The notes under the pieces were generated by a model, which did not search any database, had not been told where the DNA came from, and saw only the letters and a program-made list of their open reading frames with translations. Shown here piece by piece: positions 20,976 through 30,995 of a DNA stretch of 64,000 bases. Each line of letters opens with the position of its first letter. The stretch's first letter is position 1. This DNA is from Candidatus Cloacimonadales bacterium (lineage in GTDB: Bacteria; Cloacimonadota; Cloacimonadia; Cloacimonadales; DAONDQ01), in the NCBI GenBank assembly GCA_963662275.1, contig OY759316.1:1056001-1120000 (forward strand). The letters run 5' to 3'. Position numbers and translations under genes: made by a program.

Positions 20976-21413
20976 ATGGCATTACTAATTAATCTTGACA
21001 TGGATATAAAGTTAGGTAAATTTTAAATAAAAAATCAAAGAAATGAAAATTCCTTCTGTTGGAAGGAAAGGACGCAAGAATGAAGAAAGATGCCATCGGT
21101 TCAAAGCAAAAACCAACTGCTGCCATTGTTAAATTGCCTGATACTGAAGATTCTCTATCAAAGAGAAGATTTCCCATCATAGCCATAGGTGCTTCTGCCG
21201 GAGGATTGGCTGCGTATGAAACTTTCTTTTCCGCCATGCCATCCACAACTGTCAGCGGTATGTCCTTTATTATTGTGCAACATCTTTCACCCGACTACAA
21301 AAGCATTCTTTCAGAATTGATTGGAAGATATACAAAGATGTCGGTGTATGAAGTAACAGATGGTTTAATTGTAAAGCCAAACAGTGCCTACATCATTCCT
21401 CCCAATAAAGATA

Positions 21414-23274
21414 GAGACTGTTCATGAAGTTATTCATAATATTCAATAAGTTAGAAAGTAGCAAGTTGAAAAAAGTGGTCGAAACGGTCATAATTTAACA
21501 TACCTTCCAGAATTGACAGATAAGCTCTGCTAAGGACACCAAATCACAAGTTAAGCTTTTTGACTAAAATTGAAAAACACGCGATTATAAGTAATGTTTC
21601 GAAGCCGTTTCTGACTAAATGTGTAGTTAAAATCATATAAAATAGTTCTTTACAAGTTTTTTGCTATAGCTTCAATGGCATTTGTTACCTGGTAACAAAA
21701 GGGAGGATATTATGACAAAAAAACACTCCAATTCAAGAAGCGGTAAGTGTTAGTCATGAAAGTAACCAATACCATGTAAGTATTAACGTACCATTTTCAT
21801 TCACTTTGCCTGAGACAACATCAAACCACAAGTTCTTAATAGCGTTTCTACGCTTATTAGTAGGAATAGGCGGAGACAACCTCCTTACACTTCAGCAAAT
21901 AGCTGATCTGTTTAACTACGCAGACCGCAGGAATGTACATAATTTCTGGCAAGAGTTTGAGCAGCATGGTCATGATATCCTGGCATATTTAAGCCGGAAA
22001 GTTGACCTGCTGGAGTGTATTCCTCAGATCGAGAATTTTGTTATCAATAACCTGCTTTTACCTTTAAATGTCATGTATCAGGAGTTCATCAGCCATCATG
22101 ATTTTAAAATGTCCTATACCACTTTCTGCAAATATGCTTCTCAGGTCAATTCTCTGTCTGTAGTTAAGCAAGCTCAGAAGCTTCTTCTGAAAAAGACAGT
22201 AGGCGGTGATGCTGTACATCTGCTGAAACTGCTTGCCGGTCAGCAGAATACACCTGTTATCTGTGACAGACTCCTGGAACAAATGAAGACTGCTAAAGGC
22301 AATACATCCCATAGAACCGCCGATGCAAAGCCGTTCCATAGTCTGGAACGCAAGAACCTGTGTCTGCTGGTACATTACCTGGTTGGAAGCGGTATGAACT
22401 TCGAGACGATAGCTTTGCTGCTCAACACCTGTAAAGCTACAGTCTCAAATCTCTGGCATGAAATCGCTGACCTGCAGAGCCTGATTCTGAACTCAATCGG
22501 TAAGTGGAGCGGAAAGATCAGCATTGATGAGAAATATGTGAAGATCAAAGGTATTCCGTACTATGTCATCAGTATTGTTGATTTTGTGACTCACATCCCT
22601 CTGTTTTGTGAGTTGTATCCTGACACAAAGAAAGAATCATTCGAAGCATGTTTCAGAACCTTCAGACAGCTCTACAGGAAAGATCCAACCCTGATTGTCA
22701 GTGATGGCAGTAAATCGTTAGCAGTTGCAAGAAAAACAGTGTTTCCAAAAGTCCATTACCAACTCTGTAAGTTCCATAAGATACGAAATCTCTTCAAAAG
22801 AATCAGTCAATGTCATCTCCCTGAAGACAGGGACAAGTTCTTTAAGAAGAGGATTATGAAAGCTTTCCGAAGAGAAACGGCGGGCGGAAGGAAAAAGGGT
22901 ATCGCAAGCCTGACAGCTATTACTCCCCCAACCGCCGCCGAATACATCAAAAGCAATATCATTAGTGATTGGAGACACCTCAGCAAAGGTTTGACTTCCA
23001 ATGTCTCTGAACGCTGGAACCGCAAAATCAAGAAGGTGACATCCGGTAGATTTGGACTAAAATCTGAAGAAACCACCCGCAACCTTGTGTTTTCGCTTTG
23101 GTTCAAAGAACTGGTCGATAAAGGTCAACCAATCATGCGTCAGGAATCACTTTTAGCAAGTTTAAATATCTCCCGCATATGTCAAGAAAATGTGGATTGG
23201 TCGCACTTAGACCACTTTTTCTCTGTCACTACCAATAAGGCTGCGTAAAATGGAGGTTAATTTTGAACAGTCTC
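21414..23274 (+). mobile_element. Complete insertion sequence (1861 bp), IS256/Mutator-like DDE type
   Basis: 11-bp terminal inverted repeats GAGACTGTTCA / TGAACAGTCTC; 8-bp target duplication TAAAGATA at 21406-21413 and 23275-23282. Confidence 0.93.
21806..23248 (+). CDS. DDE transposase (true start probably ATG 21712, out of frame by one A)
   Basis: ISIDEKYVK (D1), IVSDGSKSL (D2), QLCKFHKIRN (CxxH), TSNVSERWN (E); the frame is open upstream to 21716. Confidence 0.88.
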   Translation: MPETTSNHKFLIAFLRLLVGIGGDNLLTLQQIADLFNYADRRNVHNFWQEFEQHGHDILAYLSRKVDLLECIPQIENFVINNLLLPLNVMYQEFISHHDFKMSYTTFCKYASQVNSLSVVKQAQKLLLKKTVGGDAVHLLKLLAGQQNTPVICDRLLEQMKTAKGNTSHRTADAKPFHSLERKNLCLLVHYLVGSGMNFETIALLLNTCKATVSNLWHEIADLQSLILNSIGKWSGKISIDEKYVKIKGIPYYVISIVDFVTHIPLFCELYPDTKKESFEACFRTFRQLYRKDPTLIVSDGSKSLAVARKTVFPKVHYQLCKFHKIRNLFKRISQCHLPEDRDKFFKKRIMKAFRRETAGGRKKGIASLTAITPPTAAEYIKSNIISDWRHLSKGLTSNVSERWNRKIKKVTSGRFGLKSEETTRNLVFSLWFKELVDKGQPIMRQESLLASLNISRICQENVDWSHLDHFFSVTTNKAA

Positions 23275-26025
23275 TAAAGATATGGCATTTGTAGAAGGGA
23301 AACTTTTTTTGACACCACCGATAGCCCAGCGTGGCTATAGGCTGCCTATCGACTTCTTTTTCCGTTCCCTGGCAGAAGATCAGCAGCATCTTGCCATCTG
23401 CATCATATTTTCAGGTACGGGAAGCGACGGCACACTTGGAGCCAGAGCCATCAAGGGTGAGGGGGGATTGGTCATAGCTCAGAGACCGGACACAACAGAG
23501 TATGATGGTATGCCTCAAAGCATCATTTCCAATGGGTTGGCAGATTATGTATTAGCTCCGGGAGAAATGCCTGCTGCTTTGATCTCCTATACTTCACATA
23601 CGCTAGTTTTTAAGCCTGATATAGAATCGTCTTCTGCAAAACAGCAGAATTATTTGGATAAAATATTTAACTTAGTTCGTACTCGTACAGGGCATGATTT
23701 TACGCAGTATAAACCAAAAACAATTATGAGAAGACTCGAAAGGCGAATGTCTATCAATCAAATCGAAAAGATAGAAGATTATCTCGCGTATCTCCAGACT
23801 AACATTTTGGAAGTTAATCTTTTATTTCATGATTTTTTGATAGGAGTCACCAGCTTCTTTAGAGATCCATCTTCATTTGAAGCACTGCAGGAAAAGGGGT
23901 TACCAGTTATCTTTGCTGATAAATCGGACGGATCAGTGATTCGAGTCTGGGTTCCCGGATGTTCCACAGGAGAAGAAGCTTATTCTCTTGCCATGATTTT
24001 ACAGGAGTATATTGAAAAACTTGATAAGGATTATACGATTCAGATTTTTGCCACTGATCTTGATGCGGTTGCCATTGCTCATGCGAGGGCAGGTATTTAT
24101 TCTATGAATATAGCAGCAGATATCACATCCGAAAGGATGTCCCGCTATTTTGTATTAAGCGCGGATAAACATACTTTTCAAATCCGAAAGACAATCAGGG
24201 AATTGATTGTGTTTTCAGAACACGACATCATCAAAGACCCTCCCTTTTCAAGGATGGATATAATTTCCTGCCGTAATCTCCTGATTTATCTGGATACAGA
24301 CCTGCAGAAGAAGATAATTCCTATGATGCATAATTCTCTGAATGAGAAAGGTATACTATTCTTAGGTTCCTCAGAATCCATAGGAGAACACCATGACTTA
24401 TTTAATTCCATAATTAAGAATCATAAGATATACCAGCGCTTGGGTTTGCCAACCAATCGCAATTACAGCGAAAGAAATCTGGCCAATCCGGAGTTGTTTG
24501 GTTTTAGTCCGATCCTAAAACCCATAGGTGGTGAAATAAAGAAAATATCATTTAAGGAAATTGCTGATTCTGCGCTATTGAAAAAATACGCCCCGGCAGC
24601 AGTAATTATCAATTCCAAAGGCGAAGCTTTATATTTTCACGGTAGAACTGGAAAGTACCTGGAACCTGCACCCGGAAATGCAGAAATCATGCTGGTTAAG
24701 ATGGCACGCGAAGGTTTGCATACGAACCTGGTAAATGCAATCCATAAAGCCACGGTTACAAAAACTTCTGTAATTTACCCGAATGTGAGAGTAAAAACCA
24801 ATGGTGATCATACAACCATCAATCTGTCTGTAGAACCGATAGCACTATTAGCGAACCAGAAGGCAAATTTTGATAGTGATTTGTATATCGTGATCTTTGA
24901 GGTAGCACCCTTTCCCGATTTTGAAGAAAAGAAGCCAATTCGAGGCAAAAAATCTATTACTCAGAATGATGAATTACTGAAGAGAATCACTGCTCTTGAA
25001 TTGGATAATCGCACTAAAGAAGAATATATTCAAACCTATAATGAGGAAATGGAAGGCTCTAACGAAGAATTGAAATCCATCAATGAAGAGCTGCAATCTG
25101 TGAATGAGGAAATGCAGTCGACCAATGAGGAACTGGAAACATCGCGGGAGGAATTGCAATCCGTTAATGAAGAACTTGCCACCGTAAATGCTGAATTACA
25201 GAGCAAAATCCAAAATCTTTCCAAGACTGAAAACGATTTAAGCAATCTTCTATCCAGTACCGGAATTGGTACGATCTTTGTCGATTTACAGCAGATAATC
25301 CAACGTTATACTCCTTCTGCTTGTAAAATAATCAAGCTGATTGATCGGGATATCGGACGTCCGTTGAGCGATATTATCACCAACCTGATCAATTATGACA
25401 ATTTATCTAATGACATTCGATCTGTTTTAGATACTTTGATTCCCTTCGAAAAGGAAGTCCAGGCTAATAACAAAGATTGGTATTTACTGCGTATTATTCC
25501 TTATCGGACTTTGGAAAATCTAATCATGGGTGCTGTAATTACTTTTACTGATTTCACGACAATCAGGAGAGCAACGGAAATTATTCTGCACGAACATGAA
25601 ACGCTCAAGAGGTTGACTGCTGTTGTATTGGATGCCTCAGATGCGATTACTGTACTTGATTTATCCGGTAAAATCCTAGCTTGGAATCCCGCTGCTGTAA
25701 AGATGTACGGCTACACTGAAACGGAAGCCCTGGGGATGAAAATATATGATATCATACCGGAATCAAAGAAAAGTTCAGCTAAAATCGCTTTTACGACTAT
25801 CCTTCATACAAAAGTTAAACCTTTTCCTGCGCAACGAATCTGTAAAGATGGTAGTATCATACAGGTTTTGGTAACGGGAACTGCGTTAATTAATGCGGAT
25901 GGTGCCGTTTATGCCATATCAACAACTGAAAAGGAAGAAAGCAACCTGATAAATCTGTAGTACGTTGTAACATAGATTGGTAATCTGTTGTAACTGACAA
26001 TGGTATTGTCAGATTCTAAAGCTCT

Positions 26026-26182
26026 TGGAGTTCAACTTGCCAAGATGACTTTGAAATGATCTGAATGTAATAGTCAAGTTGGATTTCAAGCCTGAATTGA
26101 GTAATAAGTTACGTTGGGTTTGAAGTCCAAATTTCCTACTAGCTGGGTAGTCACAAAAGATACGAAGGAAATTTGAACTCCA
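26026..26182. repeat. TGRASTYCA-bounded hairpin element (copy 2, inverted 63+62 nt units)
   Basis: 26026-26088 TGGAGTTCA-ACTTG..CAAGT-TGGATTTCA; 26121-26182 TGAAGTCCA-AATTTCCT..AGGAAATT-TGAACTCCA. Confidence 0.75.
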
Positions 26183-26213
26183 AATGATGCAAAGGACGAA
26201 CAAAGGAGTTACC

Positions 26214-27902
26214 ATGAACTCTTGCGAATCTGATCTGGAAAAGGTAAAAGAACTTCGAGAGCAAGCTGAGCAATTAGCTAATTCAAAGCTGGATACTTTA
26301 GATTTTAACTCTTTATCCAAAGAGGAAATTCAGAAACAACTTCATGAATTGAATGTTCATCAGATAGAGCTAAAACTCCAAAATGAGGAATTGCAAACTA
26401 CCCAGGAAGAATTGGAACTTTCGCGTGCAAAGTACTTTGAATTGTATAATAATGCTCCAGTTGGTTACATCACTCTAAATGATAAAGAAATGATCGTGGA
26501 AGCTAATCTACTATTCTGCAATTTATTGGCATATCCGAGAAAAGATATCATCAACAGGCTTTTTTCGAATCATATCATTCCAGATGACCAGGATATATAT
26601 TATAAATTCACAAAGCAATTCAAGAAATCAGATTCAAAGGAGTCGTGTGAACTGAGGTTAGTAACAAAAAATCTTAAGCAGTTTTATGCCAGTATTGCTG
26701 CTACCAGGGAATATATAGAAGGAACAGATGAATTTATCTATTATTTTGTAGTCACCGATATTTCTGAAAGAAAGTTGCAGGAATTAATGAAAAATGCTCA
26801 GTATCGTCTTCTTCAAACCCTTATCGATAGTCCAGAGGACATTATATTCTCTCTCGATACAAATTACCGTTATACTGCTTTCAACAACAATCATAAAGAA
26901 GAAATGAGGAAGATTTGGAAAGCAGATATTTCTGTTGGTGATAGGATTTTAGAATACATGTCTATACCTGAATTCGTTGATCAAGCTAAACAAAGCATGG
27001 ATAGGACTCTCCAAGGTGAACGGTTTACGGAAGTGATTCATCAGTCTGATCAGAATAAATACTACGAAATGGATTGGAATCCGGTTTATGGCGATGATTC
27101 GAAAATAGTCGGTTTGACAGCTTTTGTTAGAGATATTACGACAAGAAAAATGGCTGAGGAGATCATCAAAAACAACAATGTATTCTTAGAACAGAAAGTG
27201 AAGGAAAGAACCTCTGAACTGGAGTTATCGAAAAATGAGCTTGAAGCATTCTCTGCCTCGGTTGCTCACGATCTTACAAGTCCTTTGCGTTCAATAGATG
27301 GTTTTTCACAAATCTTGTTAGAAGATTACGATATGGTATTAGATGATGCAGCAAAACTTCTGTTAAAGAGAATCAGGAAAAGCGCTATCAAAATGGATGA
27401 GATTATTACATCTCTACTTCATTTAGCCCATATAACGCAAAGTGAATTATATCAAGCTCCAATAGAAATGAAGAGATTAGTTTCGAATGTATGGGAAGAA
27501 ATTCAACGCGAAACCAAAGGTGCAACATCTTTGAATCTTACTGAACTTCCGGATGCAATAGGAGACATCAACCTAGTCAAAATTGTATGGGAAAATCTTC
27601 TTTCGAATGCACTCAAATTTACACTAAAAATGCCACTTCGAATGATCACGATAACCGGAGTTGTAAAAGAACAATTTGCGGAGTATTGTGTCGCTGATAC
27701 AGGTGCCGGATTTGATATGGAGTATTACAGTCAATTGTTCGAAACATTTCATCGGTTGCATAGTGACCAGGAATTTGCAGGTAACGGTATAGGCTTATCC
27801 ATTGTTCAAAGAATCGTGAATAAACATGGCGGGAAGATTTGGGCAACCAGCGAAGTGAATAAAGGTGCGAAGTTTTATTTTACACTACCCGTGATTTCGT
27901 AG
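26214..27902 (+). CDS. Cytoplasmic PAS-PAS histidine kinase
   Basis: N-terminal HELNVHQIELKLQNEEL coiled coil, two PAS, H-box VAHDLTSPLRSIDG, NLLSNALKF, DTGAGF, GIGLSIV; ATG 26214 follows AAGGAG. Confidence 0.92.
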   Translation: MNSCESDLEKVKELREQAEQLANSKLDTLDFNSLSKEEIQKQLHELNVHQIELKLQNEELQTTQEELELSRAKYFELYNNAPVGYITLNDKEMIVEANLLFCNLLAYPRKDIINRLFSNHIIPDDQDIYYKFTKQFKKSDSKESCELRLVTKNLKQFYASIAATREYIEGTDEFIYYFVVTDISERKLQELMKNAQYRLLQTLIDSPEDIIFSLDTNYRYTAFNNNHKEEMRKIWKADISVGDRILEYMSIPEFVDQAKQSMDRTLQGERFTEVIHQSDQNKYYEMDWNPVYGDDSKIVGLTAFVRDITTRKMAEEIIKNNNVFLEQKVKERTSELELSKNELEAFSASVAHDLTSPLRSIDGFSQILLEDYDMVLDDAAKLLLKRIRKSAIKMDEIITSLLHLAHITQSELYQAPIEMKRLVSNVWEEIQRETKGATSLNLTELPDAIGDINLVKIVWENLLSNALKFTLKMPLRMITITGVVKEQFAEYCVADTGAGFDMEYYSQLFETFHRLHSDQEFAGNGIGLSIVQRIVNKHGGKIWATSEVNKGAKFYFTLPVIS

Positions 27903-28016
27903 AGACACCCTACATGGGTGTCTCATCCGGTTGGGGTAGATATGAGACGCCCAGGTTGGTCGTCTCTACGCTGGCGGGTGGAAATGAGACGCCCAGGTTG
28001 GTCGTCTCTACGCTGG
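27899..28016. repeat. REP cluster, family B, with a 42-nt tandem duplication
   Basis: GTAGAGACACCCTACATGGGTGTCTC, then two copies of ATGAGACGCCCAGGTTGGTCGTCTCTACGCTGG at 27942 and 27984. Confidence 0.85.
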
Positions 28017-28145
28017 TGGAGGGAAACAAGACAGGATGCTTGTATTGACCCATTCCTCTCTTTGGATAAAGAGGTGGGTGTAGGGGCTTGCGGTAGTATG
28101 CCCTTCTTCGGAGAGTTTGAAAGCTGATTGTGAACTAATCGGGTT

Positions 28146-28338
28146 TGAACTTCCCTGAAAACAGGTTTTCGCTACCGAGAATGAAAATGTCGATTTTGAA
28201 GTCCGAATTTCCTACTACTTGAGAAGTCGTAATAGATTCGATGGAAATTTGAACTCCAAACTCTTAGCTTTCATGTAAAGTCCATTTGCCCTTTTAGTCA
28301 GGTATACAATGATAGTTTTTTAGGGCAATTGAACTCCA
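28146..28338. repeat. TGRASTYCA-bounded hairpin element (copy 3, leader plus two tandem units)
   Basis: Leader TGAACTTCCCTGAAAA..TTTTCGCTACCG..ATGAAA; units 28197-28258 and 28276-28338; alignable over its length with 31597-31787. Confidence 0.8.
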
Positions 28339-28386
28339 AAGATCACCAGAACCCAAGAATGCAATCCTATGTAACAGGAGGAAGAA

Positions 28387-29607
28387 ATGAATTTTAAGAA
28401 AGCTGATTTAACAAAGGCAAGAAATCTGCTCAATCGTGCGGAGAAATTGGCAAAGAATAACGTAGCTATGGACGATATCGATATTGATTCTTTGTCTCAA
28501 GAGGATATCAATAAGGTTGTTCACGATTTGCAGGTGCACCAGATAGAGCTGGAACTGCAGAATGAGGAATTGCGGAATATTCAGTCAGAACTTGAAACAT
28601 CCCGCGCGATGTTTTTTGAACTATATAATATGGCTCCAGTGGGTTATATGACTTTAGATGATAATGGCTTTATCATGGAAGTTAACCTGACTTTCTGTAA
28701 TCTACTAGGCTACCAGCGCCAGGATATTATTCGAAAGCCCATTACTAATTATATCTTTTCCGATGACCAGGACATCTTTTATAAACACAAAAAGCAATTT
28801 CAGGATTTAGGCAAAATAGCTACATGTAAATTGAGAATGCTAGCCCACAATGGCAAAAAGTTTTATGTATGTATGGAAGCTACAAGAATCTATGACAAAG
28901 AAATAGATGAATTCGTCTACAATTGCGTTATCCGTGATATTTCAGAGGAAAAACATCATGAACAAATGCTGAATAAACAGTTTATTCTCATGCAGGCATT
29001 AATCAACAGTCCTAACGATATGATTTACTCTCTTGATAATGAATATCGTTATACTGCTTTTAACAAAAATCACAAAGAAGAAATGAGAAAAGACTGGCAA
29101 GCAGAGATTGAAATCGGTGAGAGTATTTTAGACTATATAAACATACCGGAATATGCAGAAAAAACAAAGCAAAGTATAGACAAGGTTCTGAAAGGAGTGA
29201 GATTCATCGAAGTTGTGCACCTGGTTAATCAGAACGTCTATTATGAGATGGACTGGAAACCTATTATTGATGGTACTTTAAAGATCGTCGGCGTAACCAG
29301 TATTGTTCGTGATATCACAGCACATAAAATTGCTGAAGAAATTATCCAAAATAATAATGTGGAAATTGAACGAAAAGTCAAAGACAGAACAATCGCATTA
29401 GAGCTTTCGACCAATGAGCTAAATACTTTCTCTTCCAATGTTGCTCACAATTTTACGAAGCCATTGCAACGAATTGACGAAATTTCTCTTATCTTACTTG
29501 AGGATGATAACGGTGTCTTAGATGCAGAAGACAAACTTTTAGTAGATGAAATCAGGGAAAATACCAATATCATGAAAAAACTTCTCATGACTCTTCCACA
29601 TTCGTAA
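28387..29607 (+). CDS. Truncated paralogue of the 26214 kinase (PAS-PAS-HisKA, no ATPase domain); possible pseudogene
   Basis: Colinear with 26214-27902 (HQIEL.LQNEEL, YRYTAFN.NHKEEMRK); degenerate H-box VAHNFTKPL; ends just after the HisKA helices. Confidence 0.8.
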   Translation: MNFKKADLTKARNLLNRAEKLAKNNVAMDDIDIDSLSQEDINKVVHDLQVHQIELELQNEELRNIQSELETSRAMFFELYNMAPVGYMTLDDNGFIMEVNLTFCNLLGYQRQDIIRKPITNYIFSDDQDIFYKHKKQFQDLGKIATCKLRMLAHNGKKFYVCMEATRIYDKEIDEFVYNCVIRDISEEKHHEQMLNKQFILMQALINSPNDMIYSLDNEYRYTAFNKNHKEEMRKDWQAEIEIGESILDYINIPEYAEKTKQSIDKVLKGVRFIEVVHLVNQNVYYEMDWKPIIDGTLKIVGVTSIVRDITAHKIAEEIIQNNNVEIERKVKDRTIALELSTNELNTFSSNVAHNFTKPLQRIDEISLILLEDDNGVLDAEDKLLVDEIRENTNIMKKLLMTLPHS

Positions 29608-29675
29608 GACATCCACGTTGGGGTTCTCTACGATTTGTTTTTTTTGAATGAGACGCCTATGTTGGGCATCTTTAC
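29604..29675. repeat. Degenerate REP doublet, family B
   Basis: GTAAGACATCCACGTTGGGGTTCTCTAC ... GAGACGCCTATGTTGGGCATCTTTAC. Confidence 0.6.
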
Positions 29676-29754
29676 ATGAAATAAAAATAATTAATCCAAT
29701 CCTTGACATCCAGATTATCATATTGATAAATATAACCTAGCCATGGAGGATTTC

Positions 29755-30264
29755 ATGATTGAAATTGTAAAAGGTGATATTACGAAGATGGTAATGGATG
29801 TTATCGTCAATGCTGCAAATTCATCTTTGCGTGGTGGAGGTGGTGTGGACGGAGCTATTCACAGGGTTGCAGGTCCATTATTGCTGGAAGAATGCCTGAA
29901 AATTGGACATTGCCCGGTCGGTGAAGCATGTTTAACACCCGGATTCAAATTACCTGCTCCACACGTGATTCACACTGTTGGTCCTGTTTGGCGTGATGGC
30001 TCTCATGGAGAAGATGACTTGCTTGCATCCTGCTATCGGAACAGTCTGAAAATCGCAAGTGAGCATGGTTTTGAGACAATTGCCTACCCGGCAATATCCA
30101 CAGGTGCTTTCGGTTTTCCGAAAACCCGTGCTGCCCAGATTGCTATTCGTGAGATAAAAAATCATACTTTACAGAGCAATTTCCCCAAATTCGTATATGT
30201 TGTCTGTTTTGATGAAGAAACATACAAGATTTATGATGAATTACTTTTGGATATCGAGCTATAG
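29755..30264 (+). CDS. Macro domain O-acetyl-ADP-ribose deacetylase (YmdB-like)
   Basis: GDITK, IVNAANSSLRGGGGVDGAIHRVAG, VIHTVGPVW, PAISTGAFGFP; ATG 29755 follows GGAGG. Confidence 0.93.
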   Translation: MIEIVKGDITKMVMDVIVNAANSSLRGGGGVDGAIHRVAGPLLLEECLKIGHCPVGEACLTPGFKLPAPHVIHTVGPVWRDGSHGEDDLLASCYRNSLKIASEHGFETIAYPAISTGAFGFPKTRAAQIAIREIKNHTLQSNFPKFVYVVCFDEETYKIYDELLLDIEL

Positions 30265-30338
30265 AATTTTTTACAGTTTCTATCTGATGAGAACAGTTAC
30301 ATATTTTCTCTTGATTTATTCGATTCGAAGGAGTTATT

Positions 30339-30974
30339 TTGCATAATATTAATCCTGATTTGCTTGAGTTCTTCTCCAAAAATTACAAACCTGGTATTAT
30401 AGGGATGGTCGGAACAAAAGATAAGATTGGGAATTCGATTCGTCGTGGGCAAAGTCGCATGATGAATGGAAAACCATCTCGATGGTCTCATTGTTTTATT
30501 ATGGGTAGGAAAAGGCTGGATTTGCGAAATTCCGTGGAGACACCTGTAGAAAGCATTTATATTTTTGAAAGCGATATTAAACTAAATATCGAACATATGC
30601 AGATTCGTAATGGAGCGCAGGAGAATTGGCTGGGGAAGTGGTGCGATGTAAAAGTAGAATATGCAGCGATTATCGACTTTGGGCTGAATTTATTCCAGGA
30701 GCAATTGGTTTTAGCAAGTGCTTTACAAATGATAGACGATGAAGTCATGTATCCTATCGGCGGTTTATTTCATACTTGGTTGGCAATCCAAATGCACAGG
30801 TTCGGTTTTAAAAACCCGCTTGCCGGATATCATGCCATGTTTTGCAGTGCTTATGCAAGACGCTGTTATCAGTCTGCCGGCGCAGATTTTCTCAGTTCAG
30901 AAGTCGATCTATTTAATACATCTCCTGAACATATTGCTCAGGCTGGCAAGAGTAAGATGATTCTTTGGAAGTAA
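30339..30974 (+). CDS. Permuted papain-like (YiiX/YebB-type NlpC/P60) hydrolase, putative
   Basis: His-before-Cys order: PG.IG..SRWSHCFI near the N-terminus and MFCSAYARRCY..G.D..TSPEHI near the C-terminus; start uncertain. Confidence 0.55.
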   Translation: MHNINPDLLEFFSKNYKPGIIGMVGTKDKIGNSIRRGQSRMMNGKPSRWSHCFIMGRKRLDLRNSVETPVESIYIFESDIKLNIEHMQIRNGAQENWLGKWCDVKVEYAAIIDFGLNLFQEQLVLASALQMIDDEVMYPIGGLFHTWLAIQMHRFGFKNPLAGYHAMFCSAYARRCYQSAGADFLSSEVDLFNTSPEHIAQAGKSKMILWK

Positions 30975-30995
30975 CAATCATACCCGGAGGGCTTA

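Larger units (their letters stand above)
21080..25960 (+). pseudogene. CheB-CheR-coiled coil-PAS-PAS fusion gene interrupted by an IS (5' part 21080-21413, 3' part 23283-25960)
   Basis: 5' part has GASAGG and VQHLSPD; 3' part has SGTGSDG, the CheR motif WVPGCSTGEEAYS, NEEL heptads and PAS domains. Removing the IS and one TAAAGATA restores in-frame IPPNKDMAFV. Confidence 0.93.

Noticed and set aside
21414..21427. ORF 21059-21427 as a complete small CheB protein
   Set aside because: Its last residues (RDCS) and stop come from the IS left end; it is the 5' fragment of the interrupted fusion.
20184..28016. REP clusters as a CRISPR array
   Set aside because: Units are inverted palindromic doublets with GTAG ends, spacers are not unique or regular, no cas genes are present, and an adjacent RAYT explains them.
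27918..28127. 69-aa ORF with repeated MRRPGWSSLRW
   Set aside because: It is the translation of the tandem REP duplication; no SD or protein features.
26214..29607. Kinase paralogues as a diversity-generating retroelement TR/VR pair
   Set aside because: Differences are spread over all bases and the whole gene, not adenine-specific; no reverse transcriptase in the window.
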